In this document: one piece after another, positions 9,814 to 18,980 of the stretch | Numbering within the stretch: the first letter of the stretch is position 1 | Layout: each line of letters begins with the position of its first letter | Source of the DNA: an uncultured Hyphomicrobiales bacterium | Lineage (GTDB): Bacteria; Pseudomonadota; Alphaproteobacteria; Rhodospirillales; CAYFNC01 | Reading direction: 5' to 3' | Assembly (NCBI GenBank): GCA_964344345.1 | Contig: CAYFNC010000002.1 | Span: 6,106 to 70,105 of the forward strand | DNA length: 64,000 nt | Made by a program: the position numbers and the translations under genes | The notes under the pieces: model-generated | Seen by the model: only the letters and a program-made list of their open reading frames with translations | Databases searched by the model: none | What the model was told of the DNA's origin: nothing

Positions 9814-10158
9814 CTATTTCTTCATCATCATGGGTTTTCCGGAGTGCTCCTCGAAGTAGTCGCGCATGGCCATCAGCTCGTCGTCCGTATAGCCCTTCGC
9901 GATGCGGTTCATGATGGTGCCCGCCTTGGTGTCGGCGCGATATTGCTTCATCGACTTATACATCTTCTTCGGAGACACTTCGGAAAGCGGATCCATGACC
10001 TCGCCAACGGCGTTGCCGTTGCCGCCGTGGCAGTTGAAGCAGCCCGCGGCGAGAAGGCGGCCGTCCGCGACCTCGCCCGCGTTAACGGGCGCAGACGCCA
10101 TGAAACCGGCGACGGCGGCGAAGCCGAGCGTAAGCCGGATAATCCGTCCTGTTGCCAT
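9814..10158 (-). CDS. fccA: monoheme cytochrome c subunit of sulfide dehydrogenase
   Basis: 114 aa with a signal peptide (MATGRIIRLTLGFAAVAGFMASAPVNA) and a single CFNCH heme-binding site. Its stop lies 16 nt upstream of the fccB start. SD GGAGGAA precedes the ATG at 10156-10158. Confidence 0.75.
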   Translation of the reverse strand: MATGRIIRLTLGFAAVAGFMASAPVNAGEVADGRLLAAGCFNCHGGNGNAVGEVMDPLSEVSPKKMYKSMKQYRADTKAGTIMNRIAKGYTDDELMAMRDYFEEHSGKPMMMKK

Positions 10159-10472
10159 ACTGATTCCTCCCTGCAGTATGAATGATGTCGGAAACACCCA
10201 TAACATAACCCTCATCATATTGAAACAATGAATGCATAACTAAACCCAATTTTTTCAATGGTTTTTCCGCATGGATTATGGCGATACCCCTCCATTTAAC
10301 AGCGGCTGCTAGTTTAAGGGCTGACTAATTTAGAGCAGACTAAATAAGGAATCGCTAATAAAGGAGTTTCGCATGTTTATTCTTCTGGCTGCTGGCGCAG
10401 GATCGGCTTGCATTGCGCCGCGCCGCCATCCATAAGGAATCCCACAGGCAACCGGATTGCGAGGAGCAGGGG

Positions 10473-11111
10473 ATGGCCGATCCCGACCGCGCCCCCATAC
10501 AGATCGTCGTGGCGGACAAAAGTCCGCTGGTTCAGGCGGGGCTGACCCACCTGTTCGGCAACGACGACCGGTTCGAGCTCGTCGCCATGGCGCCGGACGG
10601 CGAACGGTTCATGGAGGCGGTGGAGCGCAAGGCGTTCCATGTCGGCATCATCGGATGGGACATGCCGGGCCTCGACGGGCGAGGCGTGCTGGAGGCCGTG
10701 AAGACGCTGGGGCCGGACGCCCCCCGCATCATCGTCTACACCGGAAACCCGTCCCAGGACGCGCCCAGGATGGCAATGCACCTGGGCGGGGCGGGGTTCT
10801 GCTCCAAAAGCGACCCGTTGGAGCGGCTGGTCGAGGTGGTTCTGGCGGTCGCGGACGGGCGCATGGTCTTTCCCTTCATGGATGTCAGCCGCATCAACGG
10901 CGACCCGCTCGCCAACCTGACTGGACGCGAGTACCAGTTGCTGTCCAGCCTGTCCCGCGGACGCACCAACGCTCAGATCGCCCATGACCTGGACATCTCG
11001 CTGAATACGGTGAAGTTCCACCTGAAAAACCTCTACAGCAAGCTGGATGTCCAGAACCGCGCCCAGGCCGTCGCCTATTACATGTCGGCCAGCGGTCGGG
11101 ATGGGGGATAA
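10473..11111 (+). CDS. NarL/FixJ-type response regulator (REC + LuxR HTH)
   Basis: REC domain (IQIVVADKSPLV ... IIGWDMPGLDG ... IIVYTG) and a C-terminal LuxR-type HTH (LTGREYQLLSSLSRGRTNAQIAHDLDISLNTVKFHLKNLYSKL). ATG at 10473. No kinase gene is adjacent. Confidence 0.85.
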   Translation: MADPDRAPIQIVVADKSPLVQAGLTHLFGNDDRFELVAMAPDGERFMEAVERKAFHVGIIGWDMPGLDGRGVLEAVKTLGPDAPRIIVYTGNPSQDAPRMAMHLGGAGFCSKSDPLERLVEVVLAVADGRMVFPFMDVSRINGDPLANLTGREYQLLSSLSRGRTNAQIAHDLDISLNTVKFHLKNLYSKLDVQNRAQAVAYYMSASGRDGG

Positions 11112-11362
11112 AGCCGGGTTTTCGGTTGCTTCGTTCTTATTGTTGTCGTATATCGGCAACGCCTGATCGAGGCGATCGATTTCTATGGATTTCATACAGT
11201 GACGAACCCGGCGGCGCCCACCAGCCCATTCCCGCCCGCGACCCGATAGGGCCGCATTTCCGGGAGCCTGGACGCGCGCCTTCGGGCCTTTACGCCGTCA
11301 CTGATTGCCGGGAGCGCCGCCGGCGCCTGCCGCGGCCCGCCCTTCGGGGAGACATAAAGGTT

Positions 11363-13348
11363 ATGACTGCCGAGTTCCGGGACATGGCGAACGCCATCCG
11401 CATGTTGACGGCGGACGCCGTGCAAAAAGCCAATTCCGGCCACCCGGGCATGCCCATGGGCATGGCCGACGTGGCCACCGTGCTGTTCACAAAATTCCTA
11501 AAGGTGGACCCGACCAAGCCCGACTGGGAGGACCGAGACCGGTTCGTGTTGTCCGCCGGGCACGGGTCCATGCTGATTTATTCGCTTTTGTATTTGATGG
11601 GCTACCCGGACGTCACCATCGACGAGATCAAGAATTTCCGACAGCTCGGCTCCAAGACGCCGGGGCATCCCGAATACCGCCACACCGCTGGCGTCGAGAC
11701 CACCACCGGCCCCTTGGGCCAGGGCATCGCCAACGCCGTTGGCATGGCGCTGGCCGAGCGCATCCGCCGCGACCGTTACGGCAAGTCGGCGGTGGACCAT
11801 TACACTTACGTGATCGCGGGCGACGGCTGCCTGATGGAAGGCATCAGCTACGAGGCCGTGTCCTTCGCCGGCCACCTGGGGCTGAACAAGCTGGTGGTGC
11901 TGTGGGACGACAACTCCATCAGCATCGACGGCCCGACGGAAATGACCCAGGTCCACGATCACATCAAGGGCTTTCAGGCCAGCGGCTGGGACGTGCAGGT
12001 GATCAACGGCCACGACCCCGCCGCCATCGAAGCCGCCATCGCACACGCCAAGACCACGCCGACCCCGTCCCTGATTTCCTGCGAGACCGTCATCGGCTAC
12101 GGCGCGCCCAACAAGGCCGGAACGGAATCCACCCACGGCGCGCCCTTGGGCGAGGACGAGGTGGCGGGCACCCGCGAGAACCTCGATTGGAACCATCCGC
12201 CGTTCGAGATTCCGGACGGCATTCTCGACGCGTGGCGGGACGCCGGACGCCGAGGCGCCAAGGACCGGGAGGCCTGGGAGGAGCGTTTCAAGGACCTGGA
12301 CCCGGCCATGCGCCAGGAGTTCAACCGCACCTCCAAGGGCGAACTGGCCCCGGGCTGGCAGGAAGCCTTGCTGGAGGTCAAACGCAAGTACGCCGAGGAA
12401 AAGCCCACCATCGCGACTCGTCTCGCGTCGGGCAAGGCCCTGGAGATCTTCACCGCGCATTTCCCGGAAATGCTGGGCGGGGCGGCGGACCTGACCGGAT
12501 CGGTCAACACCAAGGCGCGAGGCATGCGCGACCTTTCCGCCGCCGATTTCTCCGGCCGCTACATCCGCTACGGCGTGCGCGAGCACGCCATGGCCGGGAT
12601 CATGAACGGCATCGCCTGCCACGGGGGACTGATTCCTTACGGCGGCACGTTCCTGGTGTTCGCCGACTACATGCGCCCGTCGATTCGCATGTCCTCCCTT
12701 ATGGGGCTTCGGGTCATCTACGTTCTCACCCATGATTCCATCGGCGTCGGCGAGGACGGCCCGACCCATCAGCCGGTGGAGACCGTGGCCTCGCTCCGCG
12801 CCATCCCGAATCTCGTGGTGCTGCGTCCCTGCGACGCGGTGGAGACAGCCGAATGCTGGGCCGTGGCCCTGGACAGCAAGGACCGTCCGACCGCCATGGT
12901 GCTGACCCGCCAGGCGGTGCCCGCCGTGCGCACGGACATGCGCGACGACAACATGTCCGCCAAGGGGGCCTATGTGCTGTGCGAGGCGGACGGCGGCTTC
13001 ACGGCGCGGCGCGTGACGCTTTTGGCCACCGGGTCCGAGGTCCACATCGCGGTCGAGGCGCGCAAGGAGCTTCAGGAAAAAGGCGTGCCCACCGCCGTGG
13101 TGTCCATGCCGTCATGGGAACTGTTCGAGATGCAGTCGGCCGACTACCGCGACATGGTGCTCAATCCCGGAACCATTCGCGTGGCGGTGGAGGCCGGAAT
13201 CCGACAGGGTTGGGGACGTTACATCGGTTCCGAAGGCGGCTTCATCGGCATGAACGGCTTCGGCGCGTCCGGGCCCGGCGGGCAATTGTTTGAACATTTC
13301 GGCATCACCACCGAAAACGTTGTCGCGGCGGCGCTCGCGCGCGTGTAA
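11363..13348 (+). CDS. tkt: transketolase
   Basis: 661 aa from ATG 11363 (MTAEFRDMANAIRMLTADAVQKANSGHPGMPMGMADVATVLF) with a ThDP motif GDGCLMEGISYEA. The ORF-track extension back to 11126 does not look protein-like. Confidence 0.95.
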   Translation: MTAEFRDMANAIRMLTADAVQKANSGHPGMPMGMADVATVLFTKFLKVDPTKPDWEDRDRFVLSAGHGSMLIYSLLYLMGYPDVTIDEIKNFRQLGSKTPGHPEYRHTAGVETTTGPLGQGIANAVGMALAERIRRDRYGKSAVDHYTYVIAGDGCLMEGISYEAVSFAGHLGLNKLVVLWDDNSISIDGPTEMTQVHDHIKGFQASGWDVQVINGHDPAAIEAAIAHAKTTPTPSLISCETVIGYGAPNKAGTESTHGAPLGEDEVAGTRENLDWNHPPFEIPDGILDAWRDAGRRGAKDREAWEERFKDLDPAMRQEFNRTSKGELAPGWQEALLEVKRKYAEEKPTIATRLASGKALEIFTAHFPEMLGGAADLTGSVNTKARGMRDLSAADFSGRYIRYGVREHAMAGIMNGIACHGGLIPYGGTFLVFADYMRPSIRMSSLMGLRVIYVLTHDSIGVGEDGPTHQPVETVASLRAIPNLVVLRPCDAVETAECWAVALDSKDRPTAMVLTRQAVPAVRTDMRDDNMSAKGAYVLCEADGGFTARRVTLLATGSEVHIAVEARKELQEKGVPTAVVSMPSWELFEMQSADYRDMVLNPGTIRVAVEAGIRQGWGRYIGSEGGFIGMNGFGASGPGGQLFEHFGITTENVVAAALARV

Positions 13349-13418
13349 TGTACCGGCGGCCTCAGGGAGGTGGGGCCGCCAACCATAAGGCTCAATCAAG
13401 GAGAGGGACTAGAATCCA

Positions 13419-14483
13419 ATGGCGCTTGTTTCGCTTCGACAGCTTCTCGACCATGCGGCGGAGAATGACTACGGCCTCCCCGCGTTCAACATCAATAACA
13501 TGGAGCAGATGCTCGCAATCATGGCCGCCGCCGACAAGCTCGACGCGCCCGTGATCATGCAAGCCAGCCGCGGCGCGCGTAAGTACGCCAACGACACCGT
13601 GCTGAGCTATCTAATCAAGGCGGCCATCGACATGTATCCCCACATTCCGGTTTGCATGCATCAGGACCACGGCAACTCCGCCTCGACCTGCATGAGCGCC
13701 ATTACCTCCGGCTTCTCGTCGGTCATGATGGACGGCTCCCTGGAAGAGGACGGCAAGACCCCGTCCAGCTACGACTACAACGTCCAAGCCACCAAGCAGG
13801 TGGTCGACATGGCCCACATGGTCGGCGTGTCGGTCGAGGGCGAGCTGGGCTGCCTCGGCTCGCTGGAGACCGGCGAGGGCGACAAGGAGGACGGCCACGG
13901 CTTCGAGGGCAAGCTCGACAAGGAAAAGCTGGTCACCGATCCGGACGAAGCCGCCGATTTCGTCTCCAAGACCAACGTGGACGCGCTGGCGGTCGCCATC
14001 GGCACCTCCCACGGCGCCTACAAGTTCACCCGCAAGCCCACAGGCGAGATCCTCGCCATGGACGTGATCAAGAAGATCAACGCCAAGCTGCCCAACACGC
14101 ACCTGGTGATGCACGGCTCGTCCTCGGTTCCCCAGGACCTGCAGGACATCATCAACAAGTATGGCGGCGACATGAAGCAGACCTACGGCGTTCCGATCGA
14201 GGAAATCCTCCAGGGCATCAAGAACGGCGTGCGCAAGGTCAACATCGACACCGACAACCGCATGGCCATCACCGGCGCCATCCGCAAGGTGTTCTCCGAA
14301 ACCCCGGACAAGTTCGACCCGCGCGACTACCTCAAGCCGGCCCGCGAGGCCATGCAGGCCCTGTGCGAGGAGCGTTACCAGCAGTTCCAGTGCGACGGCA
14401 AGGCTTCCAAGATCAAGGTCCTGCCGCTCAGCGAGATGGCTGCGCGCTACGCTTCCGGTTCGCTCGACGCCAAGGTCGGCTGA
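13419..14483 (+). CDS. fba: fructose-bisphosphate aldolase, class II (Calvin-cycle subtype)
   Basis: 354 aa: [42 protein letters not shown]. Reads as a class II FBA of the CbbA type. Confidence 0.95.
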   Translation: MALVSLRQLLDHAAENDYGLPAFNINNMEQMLAIMAAADKLDAPVIMQASRGARKYANDTVLSYLIKAAIDMYPHIPVCMHQDHGNSASTCMSAITSGFSSVMMDGSLEEDGKTPSSYDYNVQATKQVVDMAHMVGVSVEGELGCLGSLETGEGDKEDGHGFEGKLDKEKLVTDPDEAADFVSKTNVDALAVAIGTSHGAYKFTRKPTGEILAMDVIKKINAKLPNTHLVMHGSSSVPQDLQDIINKYGGDMKQTYGVPIEEILQGIKNGVRKVNIDTDNRMAITGAIRKVFSETPDKFDPRDYLKPAREAMQALCEERYQQFQCDGKASKIKVLPLSEMAARYASGSLDAKVG

Positions 14484-14586
14484 CCGCGGCTGTAATAACC
14501 ATGGACATCCCGGCGCCGTTTCGGCGTCGGGATCGCTCCACGCCCCGTGGGGCGACCTCGGGGCCTGAAAGAATAGGGCGCCGAGA

Positions 14587-15258
14587 ATGACGATCGAAAT
14601 TTCCCCCTCCATCCTGTCCGCCGACTTCTCCATCCTGGGCGAAGAGGTCAAATCCGTTTCCGAGAAGGGCGCGGATTACATCCACATCGACGTCATGGAC
14701 GGGCATTTCGTGCCCAACCTCTCCATCGGCCCCATGGTTATCAAGACCCTGCGTCGCTGGACCGAGGTTCCCTTCGACGTTCACCTGATGGTCGATCCGG
14801 TCCAGCCTTATCTGGAGGCTTACGCCAAGGCGGGCGCCGATATCATCACGGTCCACGCCGAGGCCGACAAGCACGTGGACCGCTCGCTCCAGATGATCAA
14901 GGACCTGGGCAAGCGCGCGGGATTGTCGCTCAACCCCGGCACCCACCCCTCCGTGATCGAGCCGGTGCTCGACCGGCTGGACTGGATCCTGGTCATGACC
15001 GTGAACCCTGGATTCGGCGGCCAGAGCTTCATGCATTCCCAGGTGGAGAAAATCCGTAAGGTCCGGGAGTTGATAGGCGATCGTGACATCGTGCTTGAAG
15101 TGGACGGAGGCGTCTCGCCCGAGACGGCGGGGGCCGTTTGCGCGGCCGGCGCCCGGGCGCTGGTGGCCGGCAGCGCCGTGTTCAAGGATTTCGATTTCAA
15201 GGACTACGACCAAACCATCGAGGCCATCCGCAAGGCGGGCGAGGCGGCCATCGCCTGA
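14587..15258 (+). CDS. rpe: ribulose-phosphate 3-epimerase
   Basis: 223 aa: [49 protein letters not shown]. Confidence 0.95.
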   Translation: MTIEISPSILSADFSILGEEVKSVSEKGADYIHIDVMDGHFVPNLSIGPMVIKTLRRWTEVPFDVHLMVDPVQPYLEAYAKAGADIITVHAEADKHVDRSLQMIKDLGKRAGLSLNPGTHPSVIEPVLDRLDWILVMTVNPGFGGQSFMHSQVEKIRKVRELIGDRDIVLEVDGGVSPETAGAVCAAGARALVAGSAVFKDFDFKDYDQTIEAIRKAGEAAIA

Positions 15259-15338
15259 CCGTCTGGCCGGCATCGACTTTCCGCAGAAAATCCGTGGCGG
15301 GAAATCACCTTCCGGTCATGTGGGAAAATTGGGAAATT

Positions 15339-15392
15339 CCAAGAATATCCTTGGGTTCCCGCACGCCTAGAATATCCTTGGGTTCCGGTACG
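15339..15392. repeat. 27-bp tandem duplication (2 units, 24/27 identical) in the rpe-transporter intergenic region
   Basis: Unit 1 (15339-15365) is ccaagaatatccttgggttcccgcacg. Unit 2 (15366-15392) is cctagaatatccttgggttccggtacg. They share a perfect 18-mer agaatatccttgggttcc, and each unit contains the imperfect palindrome cc.ag.atat.ct.gg. Confidence 0.85.
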
Positions 15393-15467
15393 CAATGTAA
15401 TAAAAACCTTATATCGCATCAGGGTATGACACACCCCGTTTTTCAACTGCCGACCAGGGGGGGATGA

Positions 15468-16991
15468 ATGACCCAGGACAGCGCCGCCGACCAGAACCCC
15501 AAGGTGATCGACGCCGAAGTCGATGAAAAAACCATGATGCAGAGGGTGACGTCGTTACGCCATCATCTGTCCCTGGCCTACTTCGTTGAAAAGCGATGGT
15601 TTATTATCGCCATGATCGTCGGCGCGGGCATGTTGTCGCTGCCTTTGCCCGAAGGCCTGACCCAAGAAGGCATGATCGTTCTGACCATGTCCGTGGTCGC
15701 CACTATCCTGTTTGTGACCGAGCCGGTGCCGTTGCCCACGGTGGCGCTATTGATCGTGGTGGCGCAGGTGGTCTTGCTCAGCCTGCCATCCACCCAGGTG
15801 GCGAAAAGCCTGATGACCGATTCCGTACTGTTCATCATGGGCTCGCTGATGCTGGCGGTCGCGGTGGTGAAACAGAAACTGGACAAGCGCATCGCCTGGC
15901 TGATCGTGCAGTTGACCGGAACCAACACCCTTCGCATCGCGTTCGGCATCAGCCTGGTTTCCGGCCTGTTGGCATCGTTCATCGGCGAACACACCGTCGC
16001 CGCCATGATGCTGCCGGTGGGGATCACCTTGATCCAGTTGACGTCCGACGACCCCAAGAAGGTCCGCAATCTCGCGGCCGTTCTATTGTTTTCGATTTCG
16101 TATGGCTGTTCCGTCGCCGGCATCGGCACGCCGTCCGGCGGCGCGCGCAACGCCATCATGATCGGGTACTGGAAGGAATTCTTCTACGATCCGGGCAATC
16201 CCGACACGTACAAGTTCCTGATCGATTACGTGAAGTGGATGATTTACGCGTACCCGATGTTCCTGCTGCAGATTCCCTTCGTGACCATCATCTTGGTTCT
16301 CACCTTCAAGCCCGAATACAAGAGTCTGGACCGCGCCGTGGCCAAGCTGCGCCGACAGGTTCGCGCCCAAGGCGCCATGAAGGGCGGGGACTGGGTCGCC
16401 ATCATCCTGTTCACATTGGTGTTGACGGGCTGGATCACCATTTCCAGCGCCATCGGCATGGGCACGGTCGCCATCTTGGGCGCCGCCGCGTTCCTGGTGG
16501 CCGGGCTGGTTTTGTGGGAGGACATGAACTCCGGCGTCAACTGGGGCGTGGTCCTGCTGTACGCCGCCGCCATCTCGCTCGGCGTTCAGATGAAGGACAC
16601 TGGCGCCGCCGCGTGGATCGCCAACAACTTCCTGGCCTTGCTCAAGCCGCTCGGCGCGGGCGAGGGCATCGGGCTGTGGGGCGCGGTGTCGGTGCTGACC
16701 ACGGGCGTCACCAACATGATGTCCAACGGCGCGGCCGTGGCCGTGTTGGGCCCGATCGTTTTGAACTTGGCCGTCGCCGCCGAGGAAAGCCCAATCATCA
16801 TCGGCTTCATCACCGCCGTGTCGTCGGCCTTCGCGTACCTCACCGTCGTCGGGACTCCGGCATGCACCATCGTGTATTCGTCGGGCTACCTGAAGACCAC
16901 GGACTTTTTGACCGTGGGCTGGAAAATGGTGCTGATGTCCACCATAGTCATGTTGGGGGCGGCGGCCGTATACTGGCCGCTAATGGGCTGA
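15468..16991 (+). CDS. anion permease of the DASS/SLC13 (ArsB/NhaD superfamily) type
   Basis: 507 aa and polytopic. Contains SYGCSVAGIGTPSGGARN and MSNGAAVAVLGPI hairpin-like motifs typical of DASS carriers. Substrate unknown. Confidence 0.75.
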   Translation: MTQDSAADQNPKVIDAEVDEKTMMQRVTSLRHHLSLAYFVEKRWFIIAMIVGAGMLSLPLPEGLTQEGMIVLTMSVVATILFVTEPVPLPTVALLIVVAQVVLLSLPSTQVAKSLMTDSVLFIMGSLMLAVAVVKQKLDKRIAWLIVQLTGTNTLRIAFGISLVSGLLASFIGEHTVAAMMLPVGITLIQLTSDDPKKVRNLAAVLLFSISYGCSVAGIGTPSGGARNAIMIGYWKEFFYDPGNPDTYKFLIDYVKWMIYAYPMFLLQIPFVTIILVLTFKPEYKSLDRAVAKLRRQVRAQGAMKGGDWVAIILFTLVLTGWITISSAIGMGTVAILGAAAFLVAGLVLWEDMNSGVNWGVVLLYAAAISLGVQMKDTGAAAWIANNFLALLKPLGAGEGIGLWGAVSVLTTGVTNMMSNGAAVAVLGPIVLNLAVAAEESPIIIGFITAVSSAFAYLTVVGTPACTIVYSSGYLKTTDFLTVGWKMVLMSTIVMLGAAAVYWPLMG

Positions 16992-17016
16992 TAAGCCTGG
17001 ACGCGGAGGAACGAAG

Positions 17017-17973
17017 ATGGCCGACAAGAACAAACAGAAGGAAAAACGCTTCCGAATGATGGTCTGCATCGACGGCTCCGACGAATGCTATCGCGGCCTA
17101 CGCTACGCGGCCAAATTGGGCAGCGGCACGGAATCGGACATCACCCTTCTGTACGTGCGCCCGGTTGACAAGGGTCTCCGCTCCGGCGGGCTTCAGGTCA
17201 GCGTCGCGCGCGAGAACATCATGGCGTGGGGCCTCGACCTTCCGGGCGTCAAATACCTGAAGAAGGGCAGGGACCTTCTGACCGAGCTCGGCTTCATGGG
17301 CGAGGACTGGAACGAGCGCTTGCACCAGGAGGGCGCCCACGGCGACCCGCTGGGCAACCACACCCTCGAATACATGAACGAGGACGGAAAGAAAATCTCG
17401 CTCAAGCTCAAGGTCTCGCCCGACATCGCCTCCGCCATCCTCGAGGACTGGGAGGAGGCCAAGTACGACCTGATCATTCTGGGCGCGTCGGAGCGCTGGC
17501 GCAAGAAACGCTCCATCGCCGCGTTCTTCGACCCCGCCGTGGCGGAAAAAGTGGCCGTACACGCCCCCTGTTCGGTGATCGTGGCTCGCGAGCTCGAGGT
17601 CGGCAATGGCCACCTGATCTGCATCGACGGATCCGATCACGCGCTCAACATGGTGCGGCGGGACGCGGCGCTGGCCAGCCGTTGCCAATGCCCCATCTCC
17701 ATCATCTCCGTCGCACTGGACCAAGCCGACCAGGACAAGGCCCAGGCCAACGTGGACCGCGCCAAGGCCATGCTGGACGAGATGGGCATCGAGGTGAAGG
17801 AAACCATGACCCGCGTCGGCAACCCTGTCGAGGAGATCACCGAGGTCGGGCCGGACTATTCCCTCGTCGTGGTCTCGGACAGCGAAAAATCCGCGGTCCA
17901 ACGCTTCTTCATGGGCAGCAACGCCTTTCAGCTCATGCAGAAATCGTTCAACTCGGTGATGATCGTCCGTTAG
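17017..17973 (+). CDS. tandem-domain universal stress protein
   Basis: Two UspA-like halves (MMVCIDGSDECYRGLRYAAKL...LLYV...DLIILGAS, and HLICIDGSDHALNMVRRDA...SLVVVSDSEKS...GSNAFQLMQKSFNSVMIV). Confidence 0.85.
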   Translation: MADKNKQKEKRFRMMVCIDGSDECYRGLRYAAKLGSGTESDITLLYVRPVDKGLRSGGLQVSVARENIMAWGLDLPGVKYLKKGRDLLTELGFMGEDWNERLHQEGAHGDPLGNHTLEYMNEDGKKISLKLKVSPDIASAILEDWEEAKYDLIILGASERWRKKRSIAAFFDPAVAEKVAVHAPCSVIVARELEVGNGHLICIDGSDHALNMVRRDAALASRCQCPISIISVALDQADQDKAQANVDRAKAMLDEMGIEVKETMTRVGNPVEEITEVGPDYSLVVVSDSEKSAVQRFFMGSNAFQLMQKSFNSVMIVR

Positions 17974-18006
17974 AACGTTTGCCCTTCGATAACCTTGCGT
18001 TAACCA

Positions 18007-18336
18007 ATGCCGGATACGGTGTTGGTCGTATATAACGCAGGGGTTGAGGGACTGTTTATGACCGATTTGCGGTTCTCCGAACAAGAGATTCAAGATTTTT
18101 TGTCGTGTTTTCAGCGCGTTCCCGGCTGGCTGGGCTGGGACAGGCGGGACGAGGACGGCCGCGACGTCATACGCGTCCGGATCGGCGACGACCGGGATTC
18201 GGACCTACGTCTGGCGAAAACCGCTTCCGGGACGTTCGTCGCCCAGGGTTTCGACTGTTGGGGTCTGATGGTTTGTCGGGCGTTCGACGACCTGTTGCGC
18301 TCGCTCGCCGGGGACATCCCAGCCAAGGCGGCCTAA
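18007..18336 (+). CDS. hypothetical protein
   Basis: 109-codon ORF with an alternative ATG at 18058 (MTDLRFSEQEIQDFL...). I recognise no family. It sits in an otherwise empty gap and ends 4 nt into the convergent DsbA-like gene. Confidence 0.3.
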   Translation: MPDTVLVVYNAGVEGLFMTDLRFSEQEIQDFLSCFQRVPGWLGWDRRDEDGRDVIRVRIGDDRDSDLRLAKTASGTFVAQGFDCWGLMVCRAFDDLLRSLAGDIPAKAA

Positions 18337-18980
18337 TCGGCCTTCGCCGCCGCGACATCCAGAATTCTCGCGATCACCTTCGGCTCCTGCGCGCCGGAGA
18401 TCGTCATGGCGTCGTTGAACAGGAACGACGGCACCCCATTGATGCCCAGCCGGTGCGCGGTGGTGTTGTCGCGGTAGACGGCGTCCAGATCCGCGACCCC
18501 GCGAAGGTGCGAGGTCAGTTCTTTCTGCTCCAGGCCCAGCTTCGCGCCGATATCGATCAGAATGTCCTCGTCGCCCACGTCCTTCCCGTTGAGGAAGTAG
18601 TTGATGAACAGGGCCTCCACCGCTTCATGCCCGCGCCCGCGCGCATGGGCGTACCGGACCAGGCGATGGGCGTTCACCGAGTTGGGGGTGCGGCGGATGC
18701 GTTCGAAGGCGAAATCGATCGACACGCTTTCGCCCGCGTCGGCGATGGCTCCGAACAGGCGGCGCACCCGGGCCTCGCTGCCGAACTTTCGGATCAGGTA
18801 GTCGTTGCGATCGACGCCCTGTGACGGCATGTCCGGGTTCAGAAGAAACGGAAACCAGCTGATTTCCACGTCAAGCGTCGGACGCATCCTGACGGCCTGC
18901 TCCAATCGGCGCTTTCCGATGAAGCACCACGGGCAGATGACGTCGAAGATGAAATCGACCCGGACCGGGTTCGTGGTCAA
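18333..18980 (-). CDS. DsbA-family thiol oxidoreductase (FrnE/HCCA-isomerase-like)
   Basis: VRVDFIFDVICPWCFIGKRRLEQAV with a CPWC redox motif, then GVDRNDYLIRKFG and GINGVPSFLFN. I chose the TTG at 18978-18980, which overlaps the TGA of the upstream gene. Start is uncertain. Confidence 0.8.
   Translation of the reverse strand: MTTNPVRVDFIFDVICPWCFIGKRRLEQAVRMRPTLDVEISWFPFLLNPDMPSQGVDRNDYLIRKFGSEARVRRLFGAIADAGESVSIDFAFERIRRTPNSVNAHRLVRYAHARGRGHEAVEALFINYFLNGKDVGDEDILIDIGAKLGLEQKELTSHLRGVADLDAVYRDNTTAHRLGINGVPSFLFNDAMTISGAQEPKVIARILDVAAAKAD

Noticed and set aside
7951-9914. ORFs 7951..9051 (-) and 8487..9914 (+) across clpP and fccB
   Set aside because: They overlap the well-supported clpP and fccB frames and cross a strong terminator hairpin. 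Their composition is Arg/Gly/His-rich junk.
11305-14651. Alternative-frame and antisense ORFs over tkt and fba (11305..12735 +, 11498..13045 -, 13611..14651 -, 13652..14590 +)
   Set aside because: The transketolase and class II aldolase frames are unambiguous. The alternatives have a biased Arg/Pro/Gly composition.
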